Positions 1-10,195 of a stretch of DNA of 64,000 nt are shown here, piece after piece. Within the stretch, counting starts at the first letter, position 1; every line of letters begins with the position of its first letter. Position numbers and translations under genes: made by a program. Below the pieces are notes generated by a model. That model was not told the origin of the DNA, searched no databases, and saw only the letters and a list, made by a program, of their open reading frames with translations. Origin of the DNA: Dehalococcoidia bacterium (GTDB lineage: Bacteria; Chloroflexota; Dehalococcoidia; Lucifugimonadales; JAGWBF01); the NCBI GenBank assembly GCA_965226805.1, contig CBDDDW010000028.1, positions 398,109-462,108 on the forward strand, read 5' to 3'.

Positions 1-321
1 CAGAGGACCCGCCAGGGTGGGGGTGAGATAGTCAGCTTGCTGAAGGCCGGCAGCGCCTACTACGCCCCTTCCGCCGCCATCGCCCAGATGGCCGAGGCAA
101 TATTACTGGACAAAAAGCGGATCCTGCCCTGCTCTGTCTATCTGGACGGCGAATATGGGATCAGGGGCTTGTATATCGGGGTTCCGGTCAAGCTGGGGGC
201 CAACGGGATTGAGGAGATCATCGAGATCAAGCTTACGGAAGGGGAGCGGGCTGCTCTCGATAAATCCGCTGCCAGCGTCCGCGAGTTGGTGGAGGTCCTG
301 CACAAGTCCGCCGCATCCTAG
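1..321 (+). CDS. mdh: malate dehydrogenase (LDH-like MDH family), C-terminal part; the 5' end lies upstream of the window
   Basis: Frame 1 is open from base 1 (..[64 protein letters not shown]). This is the typical C-terminal domain of LDH-type MDH. Stop TAG at 319-321. Confidence 0.85.
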   Translation, partial: QRTRQGGGEIVSLLKAGSAYYAPSAAIAQMAEAILLDKKRILPCSVYLDGEYGIRGLYIGVPVKLGANGIEEIIEIKLTEGERAALDKSAASVRELVEVLHKSAAS

Positions 322-944
322 AGCAGAGTCCCTTCGCTCCGGCCTGGATTCTCCAGCCCCTGGTTGGCCCGAGCATAGGCCAGCTTGAAGATCTCGTATG
401 GTTGAGCGCCCGTGAATAGCTGGTTGCCTATGAGGAAGGCCGGTATTCCTCGAATGCCCAGATTGATGGCCTCCTGGTACTGGGTGGTCACAGCTTCCGT
501 GTAATAACCGGACGAGAGGCGATCCGACAACTCAGGCCAGTCCAAACCGCACTTTCCGGCAAGCTCCTCGTTCACTGCTAGATCGCCAAGGTCCTTACCA
601 TCTTCCCAGTATGCCTTATAGGCGGCAAGGTGAAAGGCGTCGAACTGGCCCTGCTGCTGGGCGTATTCAGTGGCCTCCAGGACGTACTTGGTATACGGCG
701 TGAAGGTTGAGCGGCGCATAACCAGCCCCGCCTCCTGGGCAGAGGTCCTCAACGGCTCGTTTAGCTGACCGTCCGACTCGCCCGGCTTAGGCGTTCGAGG
801 TGAGCCCTCTTTTGGAATGTCGGGCCGTAGAAAAAACGCCTTGCCCTCCACTGTGATGTCGTAGTCTTTCCTTAATCTGTCGATCCTGTCCAGGCCGATA
901 TAGCACCACGGTCAAATATAATCGTACCAGATGGTCGCATTCAT
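318..944 (-). CDS. DsbA/FrnE-like thiol:disulfide oxidoreductase with an in-frame TGA (912-914) at the first Cys of the CPWC motif; candidate selenoprotein, alternatively a point-mutated pseudogene
   Basis: The ORF-track product (318..851) matches a DsbA-family C-terminal region (..[24 protein letters not shown]..) but has no redox motif. The same frame continues upstream as ATG(944) [32 protein letters not shown] lies 3 nt upstream of ATG 944. Confidence 0.6.
880..898 (-). promoter_or_regulatory. candidate bacterial SECIS-like hairpin downstream of the in-frame TGA
   Basis: The mRNA reads UCGGCCU-GGACA-GGAUCGA. That is a 7-position stem with one C/A mismatch and two G-U pairs, and the loop starts GG. 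It begins 14 nt after the UGA. Folded by eye only. Confidence 0.3.
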
Positions 945-1025
945 TTCTCACCTGATTTATGCCGGTTTACGATTCCCAGTTTGGATACGCTCCTGCGAGA
1001 TACTATTGATTAATTAGGGTATGAT

Positions 1026-2660
1026 CTATCCACCTGTTCCTGAAGGCCGAATTCGTTGGATCGCCTGAACCTCGACGGTCCCCGGGTATGTCCCCGGGTC
1101 GCCTTCCACGGTGAAGAGGCCGTTGGGGTCTATGGTACCCACGGCGGGTCCTTCTTCTGGATTATTGATCTTCCACCGGAAAGTGACGTCCGGCACCAGT
1201 ACTCCGCTCTTATCCCGTGCAACAGCCCGGAACTGGACTTTGTTTCCTCGGGCCACGGTAGCAGCCTCGGGCGTGATCTGCACGTTGTTGAGAACATCTC
1301 GTATGACCAGGGTAGCGCTGACCTCCGTTGTGAGAGGGCCGCCCTCGGTATCCAGTGTAACCCTTGCGCGGATAGCTCCTTCGTAAACCCCAGGGAAATC
1401 ATGGGCAGTGACGTTTACAAACTGTGACACCTCACCGACTTCCGGGGGGCTCAACGACCAATCAACATTGGCGCCTGACAGGAACCGCACGTCGCCACCC
1501 AGAGTCACTATCGAGACACGGGTTGACTCTCCCGGCGACAGCACTATGCGCTCCGGGAAGATAGCGACTTTAAAGGCTTCCGCTGACTCCTGCGTAGTCG
1601 GCAAGGAAACGTCTATGATGGCGACTGTGGCGATGGCGGTCACGGTCTCATCGGCGCCCTGAATGCTTATCGTGACTCGTACGACGTCGGGGTATATGCC
1701 GGCCTCGTTACTTGCCTGGAACCGGCCGTTATTGGTGATTACCCCGGCCCTGTCATCCAGAACCTCCCAACGATGCTCAGTCGCTGTGATCTGATTACCC
1801 TTCTTGTCCAGAAGCAATGCGCTAAACCTGATGTCGTCACCGGGCGTGAGGCTTACGACTCTGGGGAGTACCGATGCAGATACTCTGTTGGCCGCGTCTG
1901 CCGGATCTGTCACTAGAACGTCCATGGTGGCGCTGATTGGTTCATCCCGTCCATCTTCTTCAGGGATCAGCGTGACACGGATCGCTTTGGGGAATGTACC
2001 TATGTTTGAGGACGCCACTAACCGGTTGTCCCGGGAGATGGACCCTGCCAGAGGCTCTATCATCTCCCATTTAAATTTCACGTCAGGGATGGCGAGCCCG
2101 TTAGCATCCAACGCCATGGCCGTAAGCCGGAAGGTCCCTTCCGGTTCAACCTCGGCCGCTTCCGGAAAGAGGACTATGCGCGCGGGTACTAGCTCACGGA
2201 TGAACTCATCCACGGTAACACTCGCGGCCGCCTGGACCAACCCTGCTGCCATACCCGCCGGCGCCCGGGCTGTGACAACGAGTGAGTCACCGAAGGTGCC
2301 TTTGGTAAAACCAGCGCGGAAAACTCCCCTCGGTGTAATAGTCCCAACTTCGGGATCGATCGCCTGCCACTGAATTACGGCTCCTTCGATTTCCCTTCCC
2401 AGCTGGTCGAAAGCTAATCCGGAGAGCGTGATTGTCTCCCCCGGTGAAATGGTGATGTGGGCCGGGACGGGTCGGACCTGTGTCAGCCGTGGCGTGCCCC
2501 TATCCACGATTGTGATGTCCGCCGTGGCAGAAGCGGTCAGCACCTCTTCAGATTCATCGAAGGCGCGCTCGATCTGTGGTGTGGAGCGGCAGCCGGACCA
2601 TGCTATGCTAAAAAGGCCCAGCAGGACGAGAAACAGGTATCTTGATATCACTTTATGCAT
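1026..2660 (-). CDS. secreted lipoprotein built of tandem bacterial Ig-like (Big_2-type) domains
   Basis: Signal peptide with a lipobox (..SIAWSGC). The recurring domain signature appears at least four times: WQAIDPEVGTITPRGVFRAG, WEMIEPLAGSISRDNRLVAS, WEVLDDRAGVITNNGRFQAS, WKINNPEEGPAVGTIDPNGLFTV. Confidence 0.7.
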   Translation of the reverse strand: MHKVISRYLFLVLLGLFSIAWSGCRSTPQIERAFDESEEVLTASATADITIVDRGTPRLTQVRPVPAHITISPGETITLSGLAFDQLGREIEGAVIQWQAIDPEVGTITPRGVFRAGFTKGTFGDSLVVTARAPAGMAAGLVQAAASVTVDEFIRELVPARIVLFPEAAEVEPEGTFRLTAMALDANGLAIPDVKFKWEMIEPLAGSISRDNRLVASSNIGTFPKAIRVTLIPEEDGRDEPISATMDVLVTDPADAANRVSASVLPRVVSLTPGDDIRFSALLLDKKGNQITATEHRWEVLDDRAGVITNNGRFQASNEAGIYPDVVRVTISIQGADETVTAIATVAIIDVSLPTTQESAEAFKVAIFPERIVLSPGESTRVSIVTLGGDVRFLSGANVDWSLSPPEVGEVSQFVNVTAHDFPGVYEGAIRARVTLDTEGGPLTTEVSATLVIRDVLNNVQITPEAATVARGNKVQFRAVARDKSGVLVPDVTFRWKINNPEEGPAVGTIDPNGLFTVEGDPGTYPGTVEVQAIQRIRPSGTGG

Positions 2661-2848
2661 CGGTCGCCGTTGGAGGCGAAGGGGCTTTCACTAGGACTAC
2701 ATCGACTAAATTGGAACATCCGTTACATTCAGTCTATTCCTAAAGGAATTTAATGACAAGACCGCGACCCGGGGTAATTGAAGCGGATCCTCTACGATAC
2801 GGCGCCTCAGGGGCACGCCCAGCCCCTCCTCAGGCGTACGGCTCTAGG

Positions 2849-4591
2849 CTACCGGAGTACACGGAAGACAGCCACGTCGCCCCACTGTTCCTGCATCGCG
2901 TACCACTCTGTGTGGGCTTGAAACCCGTCCCAAAACAAATGTGAGTTCTCTAGCGGGTAATCGGGCACGCGCTTGACAAGGACGTACGTGGCGCCCAGGT
3001 CTACCAATAAGCTGTGTGATGTTTCTATATCCACGTTTGCGGTCCATCCCATGATCCGGAGCTGCCGAACCTGATTCACATTGGGAGCTCCCTCATCGTG
3101 CCACCCGTCCACCAAGAGGTGGCCCGTGGTGTACGGGACGAGGAACGTGTGCCAATTCCAGAGACCCACTGCGTAAACGCGGCCTTGTGTCTCGTCATCT
3201 GGTGGTGGCTCCCGGGCCAGCCAGCTCATAGCTTGCGCGACTGACTCATCTACCTGGTACGGGCTCATGTGGTCTCTTGCTTTCAAAGCGTCGATAATCG
3301 GAAATATCAGGATAACCATGGTGACCACGATCATCACACCCCACCGCGCGCGGTCGGCTCGATGTGACCAGGAGCGAGAGCCGAAGGCCAACGATGGCCA
3401 AATGTCTCTTAAAAAGCCAAACGTGCGTTCCACAAGGGCGGCGCCGAGCAATGTCATGAAAGGCACCATGAACAGATGGAAACGGGCGACATCGAGGGCG
3501 CTAAACGGGTAGACGCGGATAAGTGGGTTCAAATCGGAGCCCATACTGAACCACGCCAACACCAGCAGCGTGATGGCAACTCCGGCGAGGCGCTTACGCT
3601 CTATCAGCGTGTACACCGTCCCCCCAGTCGCGAGCACCAGTATTGTGATGCCCAGGTAAGATGGGTATACGAATCCACCGATAAGCGAGGAGTCGACGAT
3701 GTTGGAGCTGTATGCGTTCAAGGTCGGGAGCCAGAGACCGGGAATCTCTCGTCGGAAAGCTACATCGAGGATGTGGATGGTGAAGGGAATCCCCCAGGGG
3801 GCGACGATCAGCGCCGTAACCGCCGTGAATAACGCTGAATGAGTGAGTACCTGTCTCCTGGAATATACGGCTGAGAGTGCGTGGTAGAGGAACCACCCAG
3901 CTATTCCCAGACCCAGCGAAATCCCGGTCATGTGGTGGGTCAGGATGCTGGCCGCCATGCATGCTCCTCCCCATGCGGATAGCCCACGGTTGCCTGTTCT
4001 AAGGGATCGTTCAAGCAGCATGAATCCCACAAGCCCGATGGGAAGGGCCAACATGGAAGTAAACCAGCCCCACAGAAAGATCGAGCTTAGAACCGGGTAG
4101 GCTAGAGTGGTCAGGACTCCGGCCAGGGCGGCGGTCCACCGACGCAGGCCCAGCTCAACCGCGAGCCAGTAGGTCGCCGTAGCCAGTCCCCCGTACGCCA
4201 TGACCAGCAGGGCGACGGAGACCCCTATTAGGTCGATCCGTGTCACGAAGCTGATGACTCCAACTAGGCCGTAACCCAGGGGAGGATATGCCTGAAGGTA
4301 CGGGAAGCCACCGTACCAATAGGGGTCCTGGAGCGGGTTCGCCAGGTCGCCAGAGAGGGCAAGCTTGGTGACCCAGCTCAGGTGCAGGAAGGTTGCAGTA
4401 TCCACCCCGGATGGATAGTCTTGGCCAAAGGTTGGCCATATGATAATGATGCCCAGAACGCAAAACGCGAAGAATATCCCGAGTTGCGGGTAAGCCTTTA
4501 CCAGGCTCTGAGTCAACAAGAGTCTGCCGATCGGGTGGTGGGATGTCCGGTGCAGCACCGCGCTGCTTCTGGCGGCGAGCTTGTCCAGCAT
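2849..4591 (-). CDS. polytopic membrane protein with a C-terminal soluble domain (GT-C-fold / PTPS-related membrane glycosyltransferase-like)
   Basis: Many hydrophobic segments. The motif DPYWYGGFPYLQAYPPLGY resembles PTPS-related/GT-C membrane proteins. I moved the start to MLDKLAARSS (4591), because the track start at 4711 overlaps the upstream gene by 112 nt. Confidence 0.5.
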   Translation of the reverse strand: MLDKLAARSSAVLHRTSHHPIGRLLLTQSLVKAYPQLGIFFAFCVLGIIIIWPTFGQDYPSGVDTATFLHLSWVTKLALSGDLANPLQDPYWYGGFPYLQAYPPLGYGLVGVISFVTRIDLIGVSVALLVMAYGGLATATYWLAVELGLRRWTAALAGVLTTLAYPVLSSIFLWGWFTSMLALPIGLVGFMLLERSLRTGNRGLSAWGGACMAASILTHHMTGISLGLGIAGWFLYHALSAVYSRRQVLTHSALFTAVTALIVAPWGIPFTIHILDVAFRREIPGLWLPTLNAYSSNIVDSSLIGGFVYPSYLGITILVLATGGTVYTLIERKRLAGVAITLLVLAWFSMGSDLNPLIRVYPFSALDVARFHLFMVPFMTLLGAALVERTFGFLRDIWPSLAFGSRSWSHRADRARWGVMIVVTMVILIFPIIDALKARDHMSPYQVDESVAQAMSWLAREPPPDDETQGRVYAVGLWNWHTFLVPYTTGHLLVDGWHDEGAPNVNQVRQLRIMGWTANVDIETSHSLLVDLGATYVLVKRVPDYPLENSHLFWDGFQAHTEWYAMQEQWGDVAVFRVLR

Positions 4592-4599
4592 GCGGATGT

Positions 4600-5253
4600 T
4601 TAGCCGGATACTATTCGGGGCTCGGATAAGATAGCGAAGCGACCAAGGCTCAGTACGCGGGCTTCCAGGATGCCTCGGCTTTGATGGTAACTGGTGACCA
4701 AGGGCAGCCATCCGTGGTCAGCGGTGTAGCGCGCGATCACCAGCCTGGATGGGTCTCCATAGGGTGTGCGAATAGGTAGCTCCAACACCCACGGTCGTTG
4801 CAAGTTCAGAGTGATGCGCTTGGCCCTGTGGTCGAATGCCTGCAGGTCGAACGCCTTAAGCATCTCCTGGTGTCTGGCCGACGAGGGAGCTTTGTCGAGG
4901 GGCAACGGCTCATAGACGACTTGTACCGTGCTATCTATAGAGCCGGCGTCGATGACAAGGAGTAATCCGTCCTTAGACTGTACCTCTGACTTGGGTACCG
5001 GAGGAAACCTTGGCACCGGCATTGCGAGCGGCGAAATCAGCCACGAGATCGCGAATTCCACCCTCGGTATGTCTACCTGCTTGACGTTGGCCGGATCGAT
5101 TACGTTCGGAAGCTTGGCTTCAGGGCCGGGTGGCGGCGTAGGCCAGGGAACGTCCGCAAAGATTCCCCCGTCGTGGGCCAGCAGTATTAATGTGATTGAG
5201 ACGACGATACCGGCAACTGCGAGGCCGGCCCTTCGTGTCCAACTATGAGTCAT
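4600..5253 (-). CDS. hypothetical membrane-anchored protein
   Basis: Long ORF with one N-terminal TM helix (LAVAGIVVSITLILLA). It sits 8 nt upstream of the next same-strand gene. I recognise no family. Confidence 0.5.
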   Translation of the reverse strand: MTHSWTRRAGLAVAGIVVSITLILLAHDGGIFADVPWPTPPPGPEAKLPNVIDPANVKQVDIPRVEFAISWLISPLAMPVPRFPPVPKSEVQSKDGLLLVIDAGSIDSTVQVVYEPLPLDKAPSSARHQEMLKAFDLQAFDHRAKRITLNLQRPWVLELPIRTPYGDPSRLVIARYTADHGWLPLVTSYHQSRGILEARVLSLGRFAILSEPRIVSG

Positions 5254-5415
5254 AACTAATATTCACGGAAATATGGTCGGGTATCTACCCAAAACAGTAG
5301 GCTGGTGTGGTGCCACCAATTTGGACAGTATATAAGGGTGCCTAAAGATTGGTCAACGTTCAAAAACTAGGCCACCTTGGACAACTCAGCTAGGCCCGGG
5401 ACCGCTGTGCGCGCT

Positions 5416-7266
5416 TCACTCTACTGTGACGGATTTGGCGAGATTGCGGGGTTGGTCCACGTCGCAGCCACGGCGTAGGCCTATGTAATAGGCCAGGAGC
5501 TGCAACGGGACAACCGCCAAGAAAGGAGTAAGAACTTCAGAGCATTTGGGTATGTGCAATACCTCATCGACTTGCGGAGCAAGCTCCGTATTCCCGTCCG
5601 TAGCAACCGCGATAATAATTCCGTCCCTTGTCTTGGCTTCCTTGAGATTGCTCGAGATCTTGCTGTAAAGAGGGCCGTCGGGCGCAAGAACCACCACAGG
5701 CATGTTAATGTCAATCAGGGCTATGGGTCCGTGCTTCATCTCACCGGCCGGATATCCCTCGGCATGTATGTAGCTGATCTCCTTGAGCTTGAGGGCCCCT
5801 TCTAGAGCTAGCGGATGCATGATCCCCCTGCCCAAGTATAGGAAGTTTTCGTATCGGTAGAACTTCCGAGCTATCTGTTGATAAGGCAGATGGTCGTCTA
5901 GAACTGTACCGAGAAGATGGGGCAAACGGGCCAACTCCTCGGTCAGCTTACGCGAAAGAACGCCGTCTATATTTCCGCGAACGCGTCCAAGGTATATTGA
6001 AGTCAAGAAGAGGACGGCCAGGGAGGCTATGAAAGTCTTGGTGCTGGCTACCCCTATTTCAGGCCCCGATCGCATGTACAACGTCTCCTCAGCCAGCCGA
6101 GTGGCTTGACTGCCCTCCACGTTGCAAACGGTAATCAGCCGCCCTCCCCTCTCCCTAGCGGCGGCCATCGCCGCTAGGGTATCCGCCGTCTCTCCGGATT
6201 GACCTACGGAGATGACAAGGGTCTTGTCGTCCAGGTGAAAGTTTCTGTACCTGAACTCAGACGAGCTGTCTACCTCGGTAGGTAAACCAGTAAGCTCCTC
6301 GATGAAATGCTTGCCCACCATGGCGGCATGCAAACTGGTGCCGCATCCTATAAGGATCACCCTGTGAAGTTCCCGGATCTGGCTCTCTGAGATTGGGAAC
6401 CCTTCCAGGGTCACCGTATTCTGGTCAAAGTTCACCCTCCCGCCTAAAGCGTTGGCCGCTACGCGGGGTTGCTCCATTATCTCCTTGAGCATAAAGTGCT
6501 TGTACCCTGACTTGTCTACCCAGCCGGTGTCCCCGGAGACGGGCTGCGTGCCTTTGTCCATTGTCTCGCCTTCAGGACTCAGATACTCGACCCCGTGTTC
6601 AGTGACAATGGCGGTCTCGCCATCATCTAGAAAGCTGACCCGATCCGCGAAGTGGGTCAGCGCGGGGAGGTCGCTGCTGACCATCGCCTCACCCGATCGA
6701 TGGGCTACGACTACGCCTCCGCCGGCGTTTCCTATACGTCCGGCAAGGAGCATACGTTCGGAGGTTCCTACCTGGGCAGCCACGATAGCCTGGGAGCCCT
6801 GGAGCTGGGTCCTCATTCTGATGAAGGCTTCCACAAAGCTACATCCGTCCTTTAACGCTTCCTCTAGTAAATGGGGAATGACCTCTGTGTCTGTCTCCGA
6901 TGTGAAGGTATGTCCTTTAGAGAGGAGGTCTTGCTTGAGTTGAAGGTAATTCTCTACGATGCCGTTGTGCACCACCGCCAGCTGATGGCGGCAGTCCGTA
7001 TGAGGATGAGCATTGGCATCGGTCGGCTTTCCGTGGGTTGCCCATCGAGTGTGGCCTAGACCCAGCGTCCCCTTCGGAATTCCGCCTTTCCCCGGAGTGG
7101 AGAGGGCCTTGACCTTACCCGCTGACTTGTGGACCTGAAGCTGGCCTGAGGAGTCCAGGATGGCTATACCGGCACTGTCGTAGCCGCGGTACTCCAGGTG
7201 CTGAAGCCCTGTGAGAACCACCGGCCAGGCCTCACGGTGGCCCACATAGCCGACGATGCCGCACAT
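5416..7266 (-). CDS. glmS: glutamine--fructose-6-phosphate aminotransferase (isomerizing)
   Basis: MCGIVGYVG N-terminal nucleophile, two SIS domains, and the C-terminal ..DQPRNLAKSVTVE signature. Confidence 0.95.
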   Translation of the reverse strand: MCGIVGYVGHREAWPVVLTGLQHLEYRGYDSAGIAILDSSGQLQVHKSAGKVKALSTPGKGGIPKGTLGLGHTRWATHGKPTDANAHPHTDCRHQLAVVHNGIVENYLQLKQDLLSKGHTFTSETDTEVIPHLLEEALKDGCSFVEAFIRMRTQLQGSQAIVAAQVGTSERMLLAGRIGNAGGGVVVAHRSGEAMVSSDLPALTHFADRVSFLDDGETAIVTEHGVEYLSPEGETMDKGTQPVSGDTGWVDKSGYKHFMLKEIMEQPRVAANALGGRVNFDQNTVTLEGFPISESQIRELHRVILIGCGTSLHAAMVGKHFIEELTGLPTEVDSSSEFRYRNFHLDDKTLVISVGQSGETADTLAAMAAARERGGRLITVCNVEGSQATRLAEETLYMRSGPEIGVASTKTFIASLAVLFLTSIYLGRVRGNIDGVLSRKLTEELARLPHLLGTVLDDHLPYQQIARKFYRYENFLYLGRGIMHPLALEGALKLKEISYIHAEGYPAGEMKHGPIALIDINMPVVVLAPDGPLYSKISSNLKEAKTRDGIIIAVATDGNTELAPQVDEVLHIPKCSEVLTPFLAVVPLQLLAYYIGLRRGCDVDQPRNLAKSVTVE

Positions 7267-7668
7267 GTTGGCGTCCTATCCAGGTATGGAGGTGCTCGCC
7301 TTCATAGGACCCTTCATCGGGCCGCCTATGGCAGAACTGGCGAGAAGCTTGTGGTTTAGGGAGAGAAGGAGAAGGGCCATTCGTTCGTTCCAGGGCAACA
7401 CAAGGCTAGTGTATTGTCTGATATGTTCTAAGTCAAGGCTGCTGGAGCGTGAAACAATCCGTCTCGGGCTCTGCCACGTATAAATTTGATGCCAGGAGGC
7501 ATCGCAAGCAATTTGTCGAGGCCGGCAGTGCGGATGGGTGGACTGGTGGGTATGAGAGACTTACCTTTGGGCGCCGGACTCGAAAACCACTCCTTATGGG
7601 GCGGCCGGCTTGGACAATTCATTCCGAAATCCGTTAATATAATACAAAGGGGAGGAGCCTCTTGAATC

Positions 7669-9144
7669 GTGGACATTAAAGCTATACGCCTCACTGGTAT
7701 ATCCTTGGCGGTTGCCGTGATGGGGTTACTGTGGGTTTTGGCTCCGGTTGCGCTGGCGGATGGGGAGGGCATTCAGGTAATCTCAGAGAGCGCTGAGAGC
7801 AATTTCCCCGACGACATCACCTTCAGCATAGCGGCAACCAGCCCCGATCCCATAACGGAGGTCCGCGTGTTCTTTAGGCCTGTAGGCGGCGAACGAAGCG
7901 GCTACGGGTACCTGGACTTTGAACCCGGAACGGTGGTGGAGGGGGAACACGTGATGGCCACCGGCTCCGGGAGCGGCCATAAACCCCCCGGTACAGTAGT
8001 GCGTTACTTCTTTGAGATTGTGGATGCGGCGGAAAGGGAGTTTCGCACTGAGGAAAAGGAGTTTCTGTACTTGGACGAGTCCCTTGAGTGGAAGGAGATT
8101 TCAGAAGGGATATTGACCGTTTACTACTACGGCGACTTCGTCGAAAAGCGCGCGAGAACCGTTCTGGATGCCGCAAGGCTGACCATGGAGAATATGGGCC
8201 GGCTGCTTGGTATAATACCCACGGAGCCCATAAAGATCGTCTCTTACAGCAACTACAGAGACATGTCCAGAGGACTCCCTTTTCGTTCGCAGGCGGTGAG
8301 GGAAGGCTTGCAGACCCAGGGTCAGGCCTGGCCCTCGGAAAGGGTCCTGATGGTCCTCAGTTCAGAGACAACGGTCACGGGTATCGCCTCCCACGAATTC
8401 ACCCACATACTGGTAGCCGAAGGAGCCGGGCGTGGACATTCCTTGGTTCCAGCATGGCTCAACGAAGGCCTCGCCGAGTACGGCAACATTGACCAAACTC
8501 CGGCCTACGACAGGGCTCTCGCCTACGCCATCTTCACCAGACGAGTCAAGCCTTTATGGTACCAACAATCCCTCGGCGGTGAACCGGACGACATAGTCAT
8601 CGGCTACGGTCAGGGCAAATCCGTGGTTGAATTTTTGATAAACGCTTACGGCCCGGGAAAGATGGCTGAGCTGATGCGGGCCTTCCATACAGCCACATCC
8701 GTCGACGGGGCGCTAGAGGTGGTATACGGCTTCGATCAGTACGGCCTGGATACCCTTTGGCGACGCTCGCTGGGCCTGGGTCCTCTACCGTCTCCACAAG
8801 AGCTGGAAAGACAACTGACTCCCACTCCAGGTCCAGCTCTGGCTGATGAGGAAGAAGAGCCGACGCCTGTGCCCACTCCGCTCGTGGAGGAGACTCCCGC
8901 TGGACCAGCCGCGGATGCGACCCCTGAGAGTCCTCCTGCGATAGACGAAGAGCGCAGGACGTCCCGTAGCTGTGGGGCGTCGCCCCATGGGAACAGCGAT
9001 CTGCCGCTGGACGTAGCGATGTTGGCGTTGTTGGGAGGGCCTCTGTTCGTCCTGCGCCCCAGGTGGGGTGTCGGCGGGTACCGCCTCCTGCTGTCGCTGG
9101 TTCTAATGCGCCGGTTGCATGGCCGGCGTAAAGGCCCGCGATAG
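7669..9144 (+). CDS. secreted/anchored zinc metallopeptidase, peptidase MA (Peptidase_MA_2-like) family
   Basis: Signal peptide, HEFTH (HExxH) followed by WLNEGLAEY (a gluzincin third ligand), a Pro/Glu-rich linker and a C-terminal hydrophobic anchor followed by basic residues. Confidence 0.7.
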   Translation: MDIKAIRLTGISLAVAVMGLLWVLAPVALADGEGIQVISESAESNFPDDITFSIAATSPDPITEVRVFFRPVGGERSGYGYLDFEPGTVVEGEHVMATGSGSGHKPPGTVVRYFFEIVDAAEREFRTEEKEFLYLDESLEWKEISEGILTVYYYGDFVEKRARTVLDAARLTMENMGRLLGIIPTEPIKIVSYSNYRDMSRGLPFRSQAVREGLQTQGQAWPSERVLMVLSSETTVTGIASHEFTHILVAEGAGRGHSLVPAWLNEGLAEYGNIDQTPAYDRALAYAIFTRRVKPLWYQQSLGGEPDDIVIGYGQGKSVVEFLINAYGPGKMAELMRAFHTATSVDGALEVVYGFDQYGLDTLWRRSLGLGPLPSPQELERQLTPTPGPALADEEEEPTPVPTPLVEETPAGPAADATPESPPAIDEERRTSRSCGASPHGNSDLPLDVAMLALLGGPLFVLRPRWGVGGYRLLLSLVLMRRLHGRRKGPR

Positions 9145-9149
9145 GCTAC

Positions 9150-10133
9150 CTACCGGGTCCGTGGGTTGAAGGCGTCGTTCATGGCGTCCCCCAACAGATT
9201 GAAGCAGAAGACTAGCACCGTCACCGTGCCCACCGGGAACAAGAGCAGGTGCGGGTCGGTGCGCAGCACACCAATACTGCCGTTGTTGAAGATCATTCGT
9301 CCGAGGTCGGGTGTAGGCGGCTGTATGCCGATACCGAGCCAGCTCAGGATGATAGCAGCGAAGAAGATGCTTCCCATACTCATGGAAACCACCACAATCA
9401 CTGGGCTGATGACATTAGGCAGAATGTGGTATAGCAGGATACGCGCTGTGGACGCCCCGGCGGCCTGGGCCGATTCGACATACTGGCTTTGTTTTATATA
9501 GAATACCTGGCCTCGTACCAGCCTGGCCATACCAACCCATGAGAAGGCGGCCAGGGCCCCGAACACGACTACGTAATCAACTATCCCCAGCCTTATGATC
9601 CAGTCGATTCCCGTAGCCTCTTGAAAGCTTCTGACCCACTCCACCATCCTGGGCCTGATAGTGGCCGCGATCAGGATGACCAGCAATATGTCGGGGAAGG
9701 CCAGGAATACCTCGCCTATCCTCATTATTATCGAGTCCACCATCTTCCCAAAGTAGCCAGAGATCAGCCCCATCGTGATTCCTAGGAACAGGCTGCCGGT
9801 GACCACCGCAGCGACGGTGATTACGACGGCAGTTCTGAGCCCATAGATCACCCTGGAGAACATATCCCTCCCGGCCCGATCGGTGCCGAAAGGGTGGCTG
9901 AGGGAAGGGGGTTGTTTGACGTTGTTGAGGTTCACTTCATTGTAGCGGTAAGGCGCGACCCAGGCTGCTAGGACACCCACAACGTAGAAGGTGACGATGA
10001 TCAGCAGGCAGGCCATACCCACCTTCTTTCGCATTAGGCGGCGCAGGGACTGCGCCCAAAGGCTTCTGCCCTCCGCTTGGACCGTGAATATCGTTTTTTC
10101 GCTCTCGACAGCCATAGCTTTGCCTGCGCGCAA
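9150..10133 (-). CDS. peptide/nickel-type ABC transporter permease (DppC/OppC-like)
   Basis: Polytopic protein carrying the FGTDRAGRDMFSRVIYG motif typical of OppC/DppC. Confidence 0.85.
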   Translation of the reverse strand: MRAGKAMAVESEKTIFTVQAEGRSLWAQSLRRLMRKKVGMACLLIIVTFYVVGVLAAWVAPYRYNEVNLNNVKQPPSLSHPFGTDRAGRDMFSRVIYGLRTAVVITVAAVVTGSLFLGITMGLISGYFGKMVDSIIMRIGEVFLAFPDILLVILIAATIRPRMVEWVRSFQEATGIDWIIRLGIVDYVVVFGALAAFSWVGMARLVRGQVFYIKQSQYVESAQAAGASTARILLYHILPNVISPVIVVVSMSMGSIFFAAIILSWLGIGIQPPTPDLGRMIFNNGSIGVLRTDPHLLLFPVGTVTVLVFCFNLLGDAMNDAFNPRTR

Positions 10134-10195
10134 CGGACCGGGGATACGGGCCCCGTTGCCGGCCCTACCTGGTTACAGTTATCAGTGACATGGTG

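Noticed and set aside
7267-7668. Possible glmS ribozyme in the 5' leader of glmS (minus strand). The leader does contain a long hairpin just upstream of the RBS (about 7280-7345 on the plus-strand coordinates): CTCGCC..CCATAGG-C-GGCCC-gatgaa-GGGTC-CTATG..GGCGAG.
   Set aside because: I could not find the conserved ribozyme core as I remember it (AGCGCC-AGAACU start, GACGAGGAUGG, CGGCGGAUGCCUCC). The hairpin alone is not diagnostic. A cmsearch with RF00234 would settle it.
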